A stretch of DNA of 64,000 bases from Eledone cirrhosa (taxonomy: Eukaryota), in NCBI GenBank assembly GCA_964016885.1, contig OZ024743.1, positions 293,880,001 through 293,944,000 on the forward strand, given 5' to 3'. Positions 40,706 to 53,901 of this stretch are shown here, in pieces. Position 1 is the first letter of the stretch; each line of letters begins with the position of its first letter. The notes below the pieces were generated by a model. It worked only from the letters and a program-made list of their open reading frames with translations. It was not told the DNA's origin and made no database searches. The position numbers were made by a program, and so were the translations under genes.

Positions 40706-41699
40706 TTATTCATGTGCCTGAGCTGTACATTATCGCCTCTTTAGCCTTCACCCGTTTTTATCAAATATTCAAGAATTAGCGGTGTTATAAACCTTTTGCT
40801 ACTTTCTCTAATAAGGAAAGATGCAAGCGCTTCTCCCTCTCTCATCTGCTTTTTTTTAGCAGGCACCTATTATATACGTCAGCAGGAAAGGGAAGTACTC
40901 TCCCCTCAGTCATTATTGGTCACCATAGAAAGACCGAACTTGGATTTTCCTCACCAATGGCACAAACTTGGGCAGGGGAATTTGTGGAAGAGTAGCAATA
41001 ATCTGTGGATGCAAGTTACCCATGTTCACGATATTGATACTCTTCAATGGAAATGAAAAGGCTGATATAACTTGGCATCAGTCTTGGCGCAACTCATTTT
41101 TTCTTGGTGAGTAGACTGAAGCAACAAGAAATAAAATGTATTTTTTAAGGACAAAACGTTCTGCCCAATCTAAGAATCAAGCTAACGACAGTAAGACTAT
41201 GACGTCAGCAATATTATGAACCTTCACAGTTTTCAATTTTAAAAGGAGTGGAACAGTAAGCGACATCGTTGACTGAGATGTTAGCAAACTTGAGTAAACA
41301 ATGTGATTTTCTGTGAACATTTTTAGAAATATACATCATCATCACCAACAACAAAACAACTGGTAAATGTATTACAACATTGCATATACTTCTTGAAAAG
41401 TAATATTTTTCATTTAAAATATCAAGTTGATGTTCCTGTATTTTTCAGCTACGTTGCGATAACAACGTTGCTAAAAGTACTTAACTAAACACTAAGAAAA
41501 GAAAAACAACAACATTATAATAATGTAATATTTTTCATATAGAGACAGCAATTTGATTTCGCATTGAAAAATATTGCATAACCCTCCAGGAATTCTGTAA
41601 TTGTTTCTATATCCAATATCTCAACAATTGTTCCTGTAATATTTCTGAATAATTTAAAAGACGAAATTGAGTTAAAATAATAATCCTTATTTATTCAAT

Positions 41700-41749
<50 letters not shown>

Positions 41750-42048
41750 TCTAATAATGATTTCTTTATTAGCCACAAGGGCTGACATCAAGAAAAACAT
41801 CACAGACGGAACAGAACGGTACGATGTGGGTTTTGTGCGTGTAAATATTTTTATTATTTATATAAGAAAAGAAAAAAAGACATAAAACATATATATATAT
41901 AAACAATAAAATGAAAATTGAAACAATGAAAAATTCCCCAATAGGGGGGAAACCTCCGAGGGTTACTCGTGGCGAAAACCACACAAAAGACCACGGCCAC
42001 CCTGACTACCAGAGCAAGCGCCCTCTCTCAATTTTTCCATCTCTCAAA

Positions 42049-45000
42049 CTACAGACGTATATTCAGAGTGGTCCCGTTCACTCGGACCATTCTCGCTACA
42101 TTCACCCACCTTTCAACAAACTTGCTAGAAAGCAGCACTTTCCTCTCCACCCTGATTTTCCTCTTCAAGTGTAACTTGAAAAAGTTAATTAGGGATTCGC
42201 CGAAGAGGAAAGTGTTTGTCTTTAATCCTTTTAACCTTGTCCACCACACAATCTCTTTCGCCATGGCCACCAGGCAGATGAAAACCGCCTGCCCTTCCTC
42301 CTCAAAGGAAGACGGCGAGACCATCTGCACAATGGACTCAGTCGACAACCGGATCAGTCCCACACGTGACAGCAACTGTTCGACATTGCCCCACAAGTCA
42401 GCAATGCTGCTCGGGCACTGAACGAGTGCGTGCACAACGGTTTCGTCGCTCTACGCGCGTCTCGGACAGGCTCGGCTGACGGCACTTCCGTGCCTGTAGA
42501 GCTTATCTCGAACCGGCAGCGCTCCCCGGTAGCACTGCCAGGCCAGGGATTTTTGGAAGTTATCCATAGGCCCCGGGCTGAAAGTTCTCCGGAAGAGAGC
42601 AAACAGCTGATCTTCTTCGATGCCCAGGATCTCTCCGAGAATGTTGTCGCTCTTCATCTCCACTAGTCCTCTATAGAACGCCGAGGTGGATGTTCCACCG
42701 ATACTGGTGCCCAACTGGGAGGGGGCAGTGAGCGCCTGGAGACATTCCAGTTTCCAAGCGCTATCCCTCGGGCTTTTTCTGACCCAGGACTGCAGCTCCG
42801 TCAAGGAGACGAGCTGTGGGAAAATGTGCCTGGCGAAAGGCGACCACACCCGTTCACCATCAAGGCAGCACCAGAAATGTCGCAGCCTCAGCGCATGTTT
42901 GCGCATCATCAGCCATGGCATGCCCAGTCCTCCATGCAACGGGTGTTGACAGCAGATGGATCGTCTGACCATGGGAGCGCGTCCCTTCCACAAAAAGCGG
43001 AAGAGGAGGCGCTCCATTTTGGTGAGAGTTGGGCTGGAGCAAGGGACGACGGTGAGGCGGTAGCAGATGACGGATGCGATGTACGCAATCGCCACTTCCG
43101 CCCAGCCTTTCAGGACAGCTTCCTCTCAGCCCATTTCTGGGTGAGGGAGGCGACCCTGCTCGTCACGTCGTTCCAGTTTTTCTCCATCTAGAGGTCCGGT
43201 CCGAACCAGACCCCGAGCAATTTAACCGGTCCGTCCGTCCAACGCCCCACGACGCTGTCGGACGGCATGGACTTGCCTCTTTCAGATGCCTAGCTGCAAG
43301 CCCACCGACTTTTCCTGGTTTATCTTTGCTCCTGTCACCGCTTCGTATTCCTTGAGAGCGGTGCCGAGCATCTGGACGTGTCAGGTGCTCGACACCACCA
43401 CGGTGACGTCGTCAGCGTAAGCCGACTCGGATTTCCCGCATCCTAGTTCGCGTGGGACGCCCCTCATCTCCCCCAGTTTGTGCAGTAACGGCTCGAGAGC
43501 CAATACATACAAGAGGCACGAGAGGGGACAACCCTGGCGGACTGAGCGCATGATGCTGAACGGCTGCGACAGGTGACCGTTCACCCTCACAACTGAGCAG
43601 ATGTCGCTGTACATTGCAGCGATCGAACGCCTGAAAACGGGCCCGAAACCGGCTGCCTCGAGAACCACCGCCAGGTGCCGATGGTCGACCCTATCGAATG
43701 CTTTGGATTGATCCAAGTTGATCATGTCCCCACCCTTGCCAGGTTCCTTAACCAACCTCTCTATGATGTATCGCATGAGGCGGAGGTTGTCGTGTATGGA
43801 TCTGTCCGGAATGGCGCTTGTCTGCGCCTCTCCCACCAGACCCTTGACGACAAGCGCCAACCTCGTTGCTAACACCTTGGCCCAAATCTTGAACTCTGCG
43901 TTTAGCAGAGTTATGGGCCTGAAATTATCAATAACATTCCCCTTGTTCGGGTCTTTTCTCAGCAGCGCCACTGCTCCCCGGCTCACAAAGCTGGGAATGC
44001 TCCCGTTCTGCTGCCAGTTGCAGTAGACGTCTGCCAAGAAGTCACCGAACAAGTCTGGCATAAATGCATAAAGCTCGTAGGGCAGACGATCTAAACCTGG
44101 CGATTTACCTCTTGTGCAGTTAGCCATCGCTTCCCGTATTTCACCGGCTGTTATTGGATTTTCGCAACACTGTGCTGCGGTCGTCGAGAGCCGAGGCAGT
44201 CCGTCGAGGTATGCACTGAAGTCCATGCCCCGATCCGGGCCACCGCCGCTTCCGAACAGTTCAGCAAAGTGCTGCTGAAAAGCTTCACACATCCGCTCGG
44301 GTTCGAGCATCACGCACCCGTTTTAGTCAGACAAAGACCGAATTGTGGCTTTATTGCTACGTCGCGCCTCTGCCACCCGGGCCCATTGGACTGCTTTTGT
44401 CCCCTCGTGTTTCAGAGCACGCGCTCTAGCTATGACAACGCAGCCTTCGTGTTTTGCGTTGAAGAATTGGTCGAGTGCCAATCTCGCCGCAAGCACGTCG
44501 GTTGCGATGCCTGTCCTAAACGCCTCTTCTAGCTTTCAGACTAGCTCTCCCCTACTCTATTTTCCTCTATCACTACTCCTTTGCTAAACCTAATCGACTC
44601 TACTGTAATTGCCCTTTTCAGGGCGAACCACCACCTGTTGTTGACGACCGCTCCCGTCAACGCCCGCTTAACTAATACGCTAATCCGGTCTCTGTAGGCC
44701 TTGCGCGCCGGGAAAGACGCGTTCAGCTTCCAGTAACCAGGCCCTTGTCTATGAAGTCTGCCTATGTCGATCTCACAGATCACAAACTTGTGGTCTGTGT
44801 AGTCGCCTATTTTAAATTGTGGACAACTTATACTAGTCTTATCTAGTTCCCTGCAGAATACCCTATCTAGATACGATCTGGATGACCCGATGCGGTTTGT
44901 CAATGTCCAAATTGGCACATTCGGGTGATCTAGTCGATACCTGTCAGACAGTTCAAAACGTCTGAGCAGGTTGGTGAGGCTCTTGCACCCTCCCCCCTAT

Positions 45001-45468
45001 CCACTAGCCCCACACGATCCAAGCGTGCATCCAAGATACCGTTCCAGTCGCCCACTAACACTAAAGAGCGGGACGTTCCAAGAAAGGTCTCTAGACGTCT
45101 TAAGAAATCTTGACGTCCTGCCCATGCTGGGGCGTAGACGGCTACTAGCCTGAAAGCATTGCCTTCGCTGCCGGTCACGTCCAGCACCACCGACTTACCT
45201 TCTGGGTCCAGGAAGATGGCCCGTATCGCGAGATCCAAGCCTCTCCGAAAAAGGACGGCAACCCCTCCACCCGACCCTGGACGGCTGGGAGATGCGTATA
45301 CATCGTAGCCGCCGAAGATCGGTGCGAAGGCCCGTGCCTCGGAGATTCTGGTTTCACTGATGGCCACCACATCTATGTTTAGTGACCTGAGGTCATTGAG
45401 CAGGTGACCCTGCTTACAAGATGACCCAGGCCACGTGCATTTATACTGCGTATTCTGAGTACAGCCAT
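42049..45468 (-). pseudogene. E2 ORF2 (APE-RT-CCHC), frameshifted
   Basis: SETR, GDWN, TDH, QGCPLS, YADD and CPR..HALVQC across several ORF fragments. Confidence 0.9.
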
Positions 45469-45500
45469 GTTGGATGAGAAACGGGGCAAATGAGAAAGGG

Positions 45501-47533
45501 TCACTTACCTTGTTCGTGTGGTGAAGGGACAGTAGAACCGTCCCTTTCGCTGGTCATGGGTGTTTCCAAGAGGATGTCAGTGTATATCCTCTTGGTAACC
45601 GTCCCTCTGAAGTCTCCAACTGCGTTGGGGAATTTTTGTTTTAAAGGTTTGTATTGTTCTATTGAGAGTTCGATGATGCTTATGTTTGCGGGAGAGTTCT
45701 TGGTGTTGGTGGGGTGTAGTAGTTTTTTTCCTTGATGTCTGTGTGCTGCTTTATATATTTTATGAGTTCTTTTTTTGCTATGTTTATGGCTGTGTACTTT
45801 TTTGGGGGGGAGGGGTGATTTTGTTGCCGTTTTCTTCTTGTTGCTGTTTGGTGTGTGTGTCTTGATGTGTTTGCGTTGTTGGTGTTTGTGGTGGTGTTGC
45901 TGTAAGTTTCCTTGCTGCCTTTACCCCTCTTGTATGCCTTCGCTTTTGGAGGGTGAATCTAAGGGGTTTTTTTGTTTTTTGTTTTTTGTGGCAGACTGTT
46001 TGCCACATCACTCCCGCCTCAAACTCCATGTCGGATTCTGTGGCGTCTGGGAAGAGTATGTGCTTCACGGCTGTTGGTGGTGATAGTGGAGCCCTCTTCG
46101 GCAATGTTGTTGCTTGTGTAGCTATTTCAAATGTAGCTATTGGTGTTGCCGCTACTGATGATGCTGCTTTAGTTATCCGTTGCCTTGGTACGGGTGCTAC
46201 GGACGTTGCCCTCCTACTCACCGTAGAAGGGGCTTCTTCGTTTGTTGCCTGTCCTGCTTTTGGTAGCAGCGGACCAGATATTGGAAGGAGAGGGGCCTTC
46301 TTCGGTGTCTTCTGCGGGCAAAAGGCCCTGAGGTGACCTTTCGACCCACAGAGATAACATTTTGGCCGTCTTCCTTCTACACTTATAGGGAGTTGGAGTC
46401 CTTCATTGAAGTCTATGATATCAGGGATAGCCTCAATACATTCCTGGTCAGTTTGTATAAGCATTTGCATGCCTATACCTGACCAGTTCTCTCTCCCTAT
46501 TTTTTCTACTTGCAGCATGGTCGCCCTGTTCTCAATTCCAGCAAGGACAGACGCGGCCAGCCAAGATATGGGCACGTCGGGTGGGACCTGGGTCACTTTG
46601 ACCCTCACAATTTTGTGCCCGCAGTAGGAGGGCACCAAGACTAACTCCTCACTCTTTAGGGTTTCCAAAGAGCGAGACTTTGCTTCCTGGGGGGTGCCGA
46701 AAAGTACGTCTACTGTGGCGTACTTTCTGCCTCGGGTGATGTGGGTTTTGCGTTCCCAGACGCACCCCAAGGCCTTTTGGATTTGAGCCACCGTGGCTCT
46801 CTCCACTCGATGTGAGATTTTGCTTACGGTGCGGTAAGTCACAGTCCGTAGCTGCTGGTCATTTGAAAAAATCGGGTGGAGGTTTCAGGGAAACTCTATT
46901 TGCGCTTCTTGTCACCATGGCCCTTGCGACTGCCATCTCCTCCTCTGTGACTAACACTGTCTCGATATTTCGGGCGACACCTGCTAAAGAAGTGGTCCCT
47001 TTTTCAGCAGCACCACTATTGCTGCCGCTACTGGTCTTACTGGTGGTGCTGAGGTCGCTATTACAGGTATCGGTGTCATTGTTGTTCTTTTCGCTGGTAC
47101 AGTTGTTGGTGTTGTTTTCGTTGATACTGTTGCTGCTGTTACTGTTATTGTGGCTGTTTTTATTATTGTTGTTTTTGTTGATACTGTTCCTACTATTATT
47201 GTTGTTGTGGCTGTTGTTATTGTCGTTCTCGACCTTACCGCTGTTATTTTTGTTATTGTCGTTCTCGACTTTACCGCTGTTATTTTTGTTATTGTTGTTC
47301 TCGACTTTACCGCTGTTATTTTTGGTGATGTTGTTGGTGATGTTGTTGGTGTTATTGTTGGTGTTGTTTGTGTTAGAAATATTTGGTAATTTTAAATCTG
47401 TAACAATCTTTTTTTAGTTTGTAATATTTTCGTTTATATTTACCTCCGCTGGAACGTTGTCTTGTTGAAATGCTGATAAAGTCTCCCTCTCTCTGTGTTG
47501 TCTGACAGGGCTCTCTCTCCTTGTGTTATCCAT
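45501..47533 (-). pseudogene. E2 ORF1 (RRM-like plus zinc knuckle), disrupted
   Basis: CYLCGSKGHLRAFC knuckle; C-terminal KFPNAVGDFR lies in a shifted frame. Confidence 0.85.
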
Positions 47534-47745
47534 GTTGAAATTAAAAAAATATATATTTTGACACAAATGCGAATACGACACCCCATTAAGGGGTGCCGTA
47601 TTATTTACTAGTGAACCCCTGTATTAGGTGGGTCACTTCTTCTAAACTTTTATCAAATTTAAAACTTGAATAAAAGGTTTAGAACGGTTGAAAAAGAGGT
47701 AAAACGTCGAAAAAGACTGGAGGCGATAAGAAGCGTGGCTTCAAC

Positions 47746-47792
<47 letters not shown>

Positions 47793-48043
47793 TTTCATTT
47801 ATTGGCCACAAGGGCCGACATATAGGGGACAACACAATAGACAGGGACAGTGGGGGTTTACATAGAGATCGAGTAAGTATAAATAACAAAAAAACAAAAT
47901 AACAATAAAAATACAACAATGAAAGTTCCCCAATAAGAGGGATCACCACCCAGGGTTGACTCAAGCACCCCACCAGTCCTGAGCCACCCGACGCTCCTAG
48001 GGCACCCGGGAAGGGCACCCCTCTCCTTCTCGAATTCACCAGC

Positions 48044-51000
48044 CTACAGGCGCATGATCAGAGTAGGCCCACTCACGCGGGCCATTCTCGCCACATTCAC
48101 CCACCTTTCAGTAAATGTACTGGGGGGCAGCACTTCTCTCTCCACCCTCACCTTCCTTTCCAAGTGAAACTTGAAGAAGTTGATGAGGGATTGGCCGAAG
48201 AGAAAAGTGTCTGTCTTCAGTCCTTTCAACCTGGTCCACCATGCAACCTCTTTCGCTACTGCCACCAGGCAGAGGAAAATTGCCTGCCCTTCCTGACCAA
48301 AAGAAGGCGGCGGGTCAATCTTCACTATGGACTCGGACGATAGCCGGATCCGTTCTACACGCGACAATAGCTGTTCGACATAACCCCACAAGTCAGCAAT
48401 GCACGGACACTGGACGAGTGCGTGCAGAACGGTTTCGTCGCTCTGCGCGCATCTCGGGCAGGTTCGTCTGACAGCACTTCCGTGCCTGTAGAGTTTATCC
48501 CGAACCGGCAGCGCCCCCCGGTAGCACTGCCAAGCGAGGGATTTCTGGAAGTTATCCATCGTCCCCGGCTCGAAAGTCCTCCGGAACATACTGGTCAGTT
48601 CTACTTCGTTGACGCCCAGAGCCTCTCCTAGTACGTCATCGCACTTGCCCTCCACTAATCCTCTATAGAAATCTTGAGTGGAAGTTCCACTGACCGCATT
48701 GCCCACCTTGCAGAGTGCAGTGAGCGCCTGGCAACATTCCAGATGCCAGTCGCCCAGTCTCGGTCTCTTCTTGACCCAGGACTGCAGCTCAGTCAAAGAG
48801 ATGAGCTGCGGAAAGGCCCGTCTAACAAACGGCGACCACACCTGTTCACCGTTTAGGCAAAATATCTGGAGATGTCGCAGCCTCAGCGCATGTCTGCGCA
48901 TCATTAGCCACGGCATGCCCAGCCCTCCACGAAGAGGGTGCTGGCAGCAGATGGACCGCCTCACCAACGGGACCCGTCCCCTCCACAAAAATTTGAAAAG
49001 GAGCCGTTCCAAATTGGCGAGGCGTGGACGGGGGCAAGGCACGACGGTCAGGCGGTAGTAGATGACGGACGCGATGTACGCGTTCGCCACCTCCGCCCGC
49101 CCTTTCAGTGATAGCTTTCTCTCAGCCCAATTCTGGGTGAGGTTGGCTATCCTGCTCGTCACCTCGTCCCAATTCTTATCCACCTGGAGGTCTGGTCCGA
49201 ACCAAACCCCGAGCAACTTTACCGGTCCGTCTGTCCAGCGCCCAACGACGCTGTTGGACGGCATGGACTTGCCTCTCCAGGTGCCGAGCTGCAAGCCCAC
49301 CGACTTTTCCGGGTTAAGTTTTGCTCCCGTCAACCTTTCATATTCCTCCAAATGGGTGCGGATCACCTCGATTTCCGAGGTGTCCGACACCATCACGGTG
49401 ATGTCGTCTGCATAAGCGGACGCAGCCTTTCTACGTCCCGGTTCGAGCGGGATGCCCTGCAACAACTCCAGCTTCCGCAGTAGAGGCTCAAGAGTCAATA
49501 CGTACAGAAGTGAGGAGAGAGGGCACCCTTGACGGACCGATCGAGAGATCTGAAACGGTTCCGAGAGGTGGCCATTAACTTTGACCACCGAGCGGATGCC
49601 GCTGTACATTGCAGCGATCCAGCTTCTGAAGACGGGGCCGAAGCCAGCCGCCTCGAGGACAGCCTCCAAGTACCGATGGTCGACCCTATCGAATGCTTTC
49701 GATTGATCTAAATTGATCAGAGCCCCACCGAAGCCAGGTTTGCACCCAACCCTCTCTATGATGTATCGCATGAGGTGGAGGTTGTCGTGTATGGACCTGG
49801 TCGGGATTGCGCAAGTTTGCGCCTCCCCAACCAAATCTTTGACGACAAGCGCCAACCTTTTCGCTAACACCTTGGCCAAAATCTTAAACTCTGTGTTGAG
49901 CAGGGTTATGGGCCTGAAATTATCTAGTGTGTCCCTCTTGTTCTCGTCTTTCCTTATCAGCGTCACTACGCCACGGCTCACAGAACTGGGAATGCTCCCG
50001 TTCTGCTGCCAGTTGCAGTAGAGCGCTTCGAGGAGATCGGAGAACAAGTCTGGCATATTTACGTAAAGCTCGTAGGGCAGACCATCCAAACCGGGTGACT
50101 TGCGACTCGAGCAGCCGACAAGGGCGTCCTGAATTTCGGCTGATGTTATCGGCTCTTCGCAGCGCTCAGCGTCGGCCGTCGAGAGGCGTGGCAAGCCGTC
50201 GAGGTAGGGACTGAAGTCCGCCGCCATCTCCGACTCACCCATCCTCCCGAACAATCGAGCAAAGTGCTGGCGAAAGGCCTCACACATCTGCTTGGAATCG
50301 CTCAGTTCGTGTCCATCTCGATCCGTCAAAGACCGAATTGTGGTTTTATTTCCACGCTGCGTCTCTGCAAAGCGAGCCCATCGGGCAGCTTTGGTTCCCT
50401 CGTTCCTCAGAGCACGCGCCTTAGCTCTGACAATGCAACCTTCGTGTTTCGCATTGAAGAAATGGTCTAGTGCCATTCTCGCCGCTAGCACGTCTGTTGC
50501 AATGCCACTACAAATAGCCTCGTCTAACTTAGCTATCAGCCCCTCCTCTTTTCTATTTTTCTCTATTGCTACTTCTTTGCTAAATCCTATCGAGGTTGCT
50601 CTAATCTCTCTTTTGAGTGCCCCCCACCACCTGTTGTTGACAACCCCCCCTGTCAACTTTTGCTTAACTAAGTTGTTGACCCGGTCCCTGTAAGCTTTAC
50701 GTGCCGGAAACGACATGTTTAGCTTCCAGTAGCTAGGTCCTAACCTACGTGTCTTATCTAGGTCGACCATACAGATCACAAGCTTGTGATCTGAATAGGC
50801 AACCGTTTTAAAATGTGGACATCCTACACTATTTCTATCTCTTTTCCTAATGAAAATCCTATCTATGTACGATCTAGATGACCCTATGCGATTGGTCCAG
50901 GTCCATACTGGCGCATTAGGGAAATCTAGTCGGTACCTGTCAGACAGTTGAAACTGGCTGATCAGGTACTTGAGGCTTTTGCACCCCCCGCTCCTATCAG

Positions 51001-51463
51001 ATACTCCCACACAATCCCAGCGTGCTTCTAAGATGCCATTCCAATCCCCTATTAACAGTAAAGGGCGAGACGTAAGCAGAAAGTTTTCCAGGCGCCTAAA
51101 GAAGTCCGGCCGACCGGCCCCAGTAGGGGCGTAGACTGCCACCAGTCTAAAGGCACCACCTTCGCTATTGCTCACGTCCAGGACCACCAACTTTCCGTCA
51201 GGATCCCGGAAGATTGACCTTACCTCGAGATCCAGACATTTCCTAAACAGCACAGCCACTCCACCTCCCATTCCCGGCCGACTAACAGATGCAAAGATCT
51301 GATAATCGTCGAAAATCGGCGCCAGTGCGCGTGTGTCGGAAATTCTGGTCTCGCTGATGGCAATTACATCCATTCCTAGTGACCTGAGGTCGTTGAGCAA
51401 GTGACCTTGCTTCCAGGGCGACCCCAGGCCACGAACATTTAAACTTCCTACTCTTATGGCCAT
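48044..51463 (-). CDS. E3 ORF2, 1139 aa: APE endonuclease, reverse transcriptase and CCHC zinc finger
   Basis: SLNVRGL, SETR, GDWN, IDR, SDH; NFRPITLLN, DQSKAFDRVDH, SVRQGCPLS, YADD; CPRC..ETVLHALVQC. Confidence 0.96.
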   Translation of the reverse strand: MAIRVGSLNVRGLGSPWKQGHLLNDLRSLGMDVIAISETRISDTRALAPIFDDYQIFASVSRPGMGGGVAVLFRKCLDLEVRSIFRDPDGKLVVLDVSNSEGGAFRLVAVYAPTGAGRPDFFRRLENFLLTSRPLLLIGDWNGILEARWDCVGVSDRSGGCKSLKYLISQFQLSDRYRLDFPNAPVWTWTNRIGSSRSYIDRIFIRKRDRNSVGCPHFKTVAYSDHKLVICMVDLDKTRRLGPSYWKLNMSFPARKAYRDRVNNLVKQKLTGGVVNNRWWGALKREIRATSIGFSKEVAIEKNRKEEGLIAKLDEAICSGIATDVLAARMALDHFFNAKHEGCIVRAKARALRNEGTKAARWARFAETQRGNKTTIRSLTDRDGHELSDSKQMCEAFRQHFARLFGRMGESEMAADFSPYLDGLPRLSTADAERCEEPITSAEIQDALVGCSSRKSPGLDGLPYELYVNMPDLFSDLLEALYCNWQQNGSIPSSVSRGVVTLIRKDENKRDTLDNFRPITLLNTEFKILAKVLAKRLALVVKDLVGEAQTCAIPTRSIHDNLHLMRYIIERVGCKPGFGGALINLDQSKAFDRVDHRYLEAVLEAAGFGPVFRSWIAAMYSGIRSVVKVNGHLSEPFQISRSVRQGCPLSSLLYVLTLEPLLRKLELLQGIPLEPGRRKAASAYADDITVMVSDTSEIEVIRTHLEEYERLTGAKLNPEKSVGLQLGTWRGKSMPSNSVVGRWTDGPVKLLGVWFGPDLQVDKNWDEVTSRIANLTQNWAERKLSLKGRAEVANAYIASVIYYRLTVVPCPRPRLANLERLLFKFLWRGRVPLVRRSICCQHPLRGGLGMPWLMMRRHALRLRHLQIFCLNGEQVWSPFVRRAFPQLISLTELQSWVKKRPRLGDWHLECCQALTALCKVGNAVSGTSTQDFYRGLVEGKCDDVLGEALGVNEVELTSMFRRTFEPGTMDNFQKSLAWQCYRGALPVRDKLYRHGSAVRRTCPRCAQSDETVLHALVQCPCIADLWGYVEQLLSRVERIRLSSESIVKIDPPPSFGQEGQAIFLCLVAVAKEVAWWTRLKGLKTDTFLFGQSLINFFKFHLERKVRVEREVLPPSTFTERWVNVARMARVSGPTLIMRL

Positions 51464-51492
51464 GCTGGCAGGATGAATGGGAGAGGAAAGGT

Positions 51493-53403
51493 TTACTTAC
51501 CTTCCGGGGTCTTGTGAAGGTCGGGTGGTTCGACCTCCATGGTTTGTGGGGTTTCTTTTGGGAACCCCTTTAATAGTCTTGACGTGGGTTTTACGTTCGG
51601 GGTTCCCACATCCCGAGGAAAGCTCTTTCGAATTTCTTTGTATGAAGCGAGCGACATTCGCATCAGAAGCAAATTATCTGGTACGCGAAATGTGCTCGCT
51701 TCAAATGTTTCCCCGTCTTTTTCGATGTTTGTGCTTCGTGCTACATGGGCCATCAATTCCTTGTTGGCCCTTCTGGCAAGCACGAAGTTTTTAATGTTTT
51801 GTTGCTCGGGTTTTATTTGTTCGTGTGATTGTGGTGGTGATAGCTTTGTTAGTGTTGTTTCTATTGTGTCTGCGTTTGTTGTGGGTGGGGTGTCTGTAGT
51901 TTCTGATGTTTGTGTGTCTATTTGTTCTTGTGTCTGTTTAGCTTGTTTGCGTTTGGGGGATTTTGGTGGTTGTGTTGGTGATGCTGTGGGGAAAATGTTT
52001 GTGTGGGTGGTGTGTGTATTTTTTTTTGTGGGGGTGTTTGTGCTTTGTGGATTTCTTTTTTTTTTGTGTTTTGTTTTTTGTATTTTGGGGGACTTTGGTT
52101 TTCCCTCATCTTCACTGCTGGAGGATGAGGGGTCTGTGGCTGTGAGCGTGTTTGTGTCTGAGTGAGTGTTTATGTTCTTGTTCGTGTGTGTATTTTGGGG
52201 GGGAGGGGGAATGGGAGAGCTTTCCTCGTTTCCCCCCTGGGTGTGCAATTTTGGTGGTTCCATTGTTGACGGTGTTGCTGGTGGTCCTTGTCCCGGCGTC
52301 GCCAGCAGTGGAATCTTTCGACCCCTTGCGCTTTTCGGCAGTTGAGGGCAGAAGGCTCGCAAGTGTGTCGTTTCCCCACAAAGGAAACAATGCGGCCTTT
52401 TGCCCTCAGTCATTATATGCAACACCCTCCCGTTTTGGAGGCGGATGTGGTCCGGGATTGCTTTTACGTTTTCGGGTCTGATTTGGAGCAGTATCTCCAG
52501 ATCAACCCCGGACCAGTCGTCCCTGGCAGTTCTCGTTGCCTCTACCGGGACTGTATCCGTTCCTTCCACGATTACGCAACCCAGGAGCCACCACATATCA
52601 AGTCCTGGTGGAATCCTGGGAATGCGCACACGTGCTATTCGTTTTCCCATGTGGGAGGGGTACATTATGACCTTGCTGGTTTTGCAAGGGGTCATTGAAT
52701 GCTTCACAGCGAGGGCTTCAGACTTGAACAGCACCGAAACGGTGCCGTATTGCCTGCCCCTCTCTATGAAGTCTGTGTCTTCTCTGATGTATTTCAGTGC
52801 GGCTTCTATGTCAGCTTGGGCGATTATCGCTGCCCTCTTTGTCTCTACTGAGATGCATCTGAAATGCACCGTTCTTTTTTCCACTGCCTCAATGGCTTCT
52901 GCCGGGACAGTTAAGTTTGCCCAGGTCTGCTCTTGATTTATGATTTTCCAGGCCTGGGCCAACTTTTCCTCTCTGTTGGTTAAGTCGATGCTGTAGCATG
53001 GTCTCCTTTTAGCCGCTGCCACAGCAGCGAAGGTGTTCTTGTTGGTGTTGTCACTGTTGTTGTTCTTGTTGGTGTTGCTGCTGCTATTGCTGTTGTTGTT
53101 CTCCCCTGTGTCGTGGTTACCCTCTGTGCTGTTGGCCTTGTTGGTGCTGTTGCTGTCGCTACTATTACTCTCTGTGCTGTTCGTTTTGTTGGTGCTCTCG
53201 CTATTACCACCTTCTGCGCTGTTCGGCTTGTTGGTGTTGGTGTTGTCACTGTTACCACCTTCCGCGCCGCTCGGCCCGTTGGTGCTGGCACTGTCGCTGC
53301 TCATACACGTGCTGGTGGCGCTCCTCGCCTCACCTCTCCTCTCAACGCTCAAGTCGCCGTTGCACGACAGCAGACCCGCCTCTAGGGGGCGTGGCTCCGC
53401 CAT
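51493..53403 (-). CDS. E3 ORF1, 636 aa nucleic-acid-binding protein
   Basis: N/S/T-rich N-terminus, RRM-like core, CFLCGETTHLRAFC knuckle and P/T/K-rich linker. Confidence 0.9.
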   Translation of the reverse strand: MAEPRPLEAGLLSCNGDLSVERRGEARSATSTCMSSDSASTNGPSGAEGGNSDNTNTNKPNSAEGGNSESTNKTNSTESNSSDSNSTNKANSTEGNHDTGENNNSNSSSNTNKNNNSDNTNKNTFAAVAAAKRRPCYSIDLTNREEKLAQAWKIINQEQTWANLTVPAEAIEAVEKRTVHFRCISVETKRAAIIAQADIEAALKYIREDTDFIERGRQYGTVSVLFKSEALAVKHSMTPCKTSKVIMYPSHMGKRIARVRIPRIPPGLDMWWLLGCVIVEGTDTVPVEATRTARDDWSGVDLEILLQIRPENVKAIPDHIRLQNGRVLHIMTEGKRPHCFLCGETTHLRAFCPQLPKSARGRKIPLLATPGQGPPATPSTMEPPKLHTQGGNEESSPIPPPPQNTHTNKNINTHSDTNTLTATDPSSSSSEDEGKPKSPKIQKTKHKKKRNPQSTNTPTKKNTHTTHTNIFPTASPTQPPKSPKRKQAKQTQEQIDTQTSETTDTPPTTNADTIETTLTKLSPPQSHEQIKPEQQNIKNFVLARRANKELMAHVARSTNIEKDGETFEASTFRVPDNLLLMRMSLASYKEIRKSFPRDVGTPNVKPTSRLLKGFPKETPQTMEVEPPDLHKTPEGK

Positions 53404-53901
53404 GTTTTTTTGAGAAAAAAATTATGATTTTTCCAAAATAAAGTTCAAATATTTGGGCCAAAAGGCCCAAATATTATGAGTTATTCCTTCACAGGATACA
53501 AATTAATGTCTTATAATGCTTCAGCGGTACAAAAAATAAACAATTCTCTACAATTAATCCTCAAAAAATTGCTTACTCACGGAGCTTCAAAAAACGTACA
53601 TCCACTTTCGTCAATAATAATAATAATAATAATAATAATGATTTCTTTATTAACCACAAGGGTTTACATAAAGTAGACATTAAGGACAGTGCAGGACAAT
53701 GCAGGACGGTACAAATGGGCATTTCTGCGTGTAAAAAAACAAAAACAGAGGATGTAACAAAAATAACAATGAAAATAACAATGAAAAATTCCCCAATAGG
53801 GGGGAGACTTCGGAGGGACATTTGTGGAGAAAGCCCAGTAAAAAGCCACAATGACCCTGACCACCAAGGCAAGTGCCCTCTCCCAGTTTTCCACCTTTAG
53901 T

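Larger units (their letters stand above)
41759..47745 (-). mobile_element. Tx1/L1-like retrotransposon E2, full length and frameshifted
   Basis: ORF1 47533-45501 and ORF2 45468-42049 in fragments; (AAT)n at both ends. Confidence 0.92.
47791..53612 (-). mobile_element. Tx1/L1-like retrotransposon E3, full length and intact (most divergent subfamily)
   Basis: Two uninterrupted ORFs, 209-nt 5'UTR, AATAAA and (AAT)n flanks. Confidence 0.95.

Noticed and set aside
51464-51500. 36-nt GT..AG micro-intron that could fuse E3 ORF1 to ORF2
   Set aside because: Splicing would put the ORF2 ATG out of frame, and the other elements lack an AG at that position
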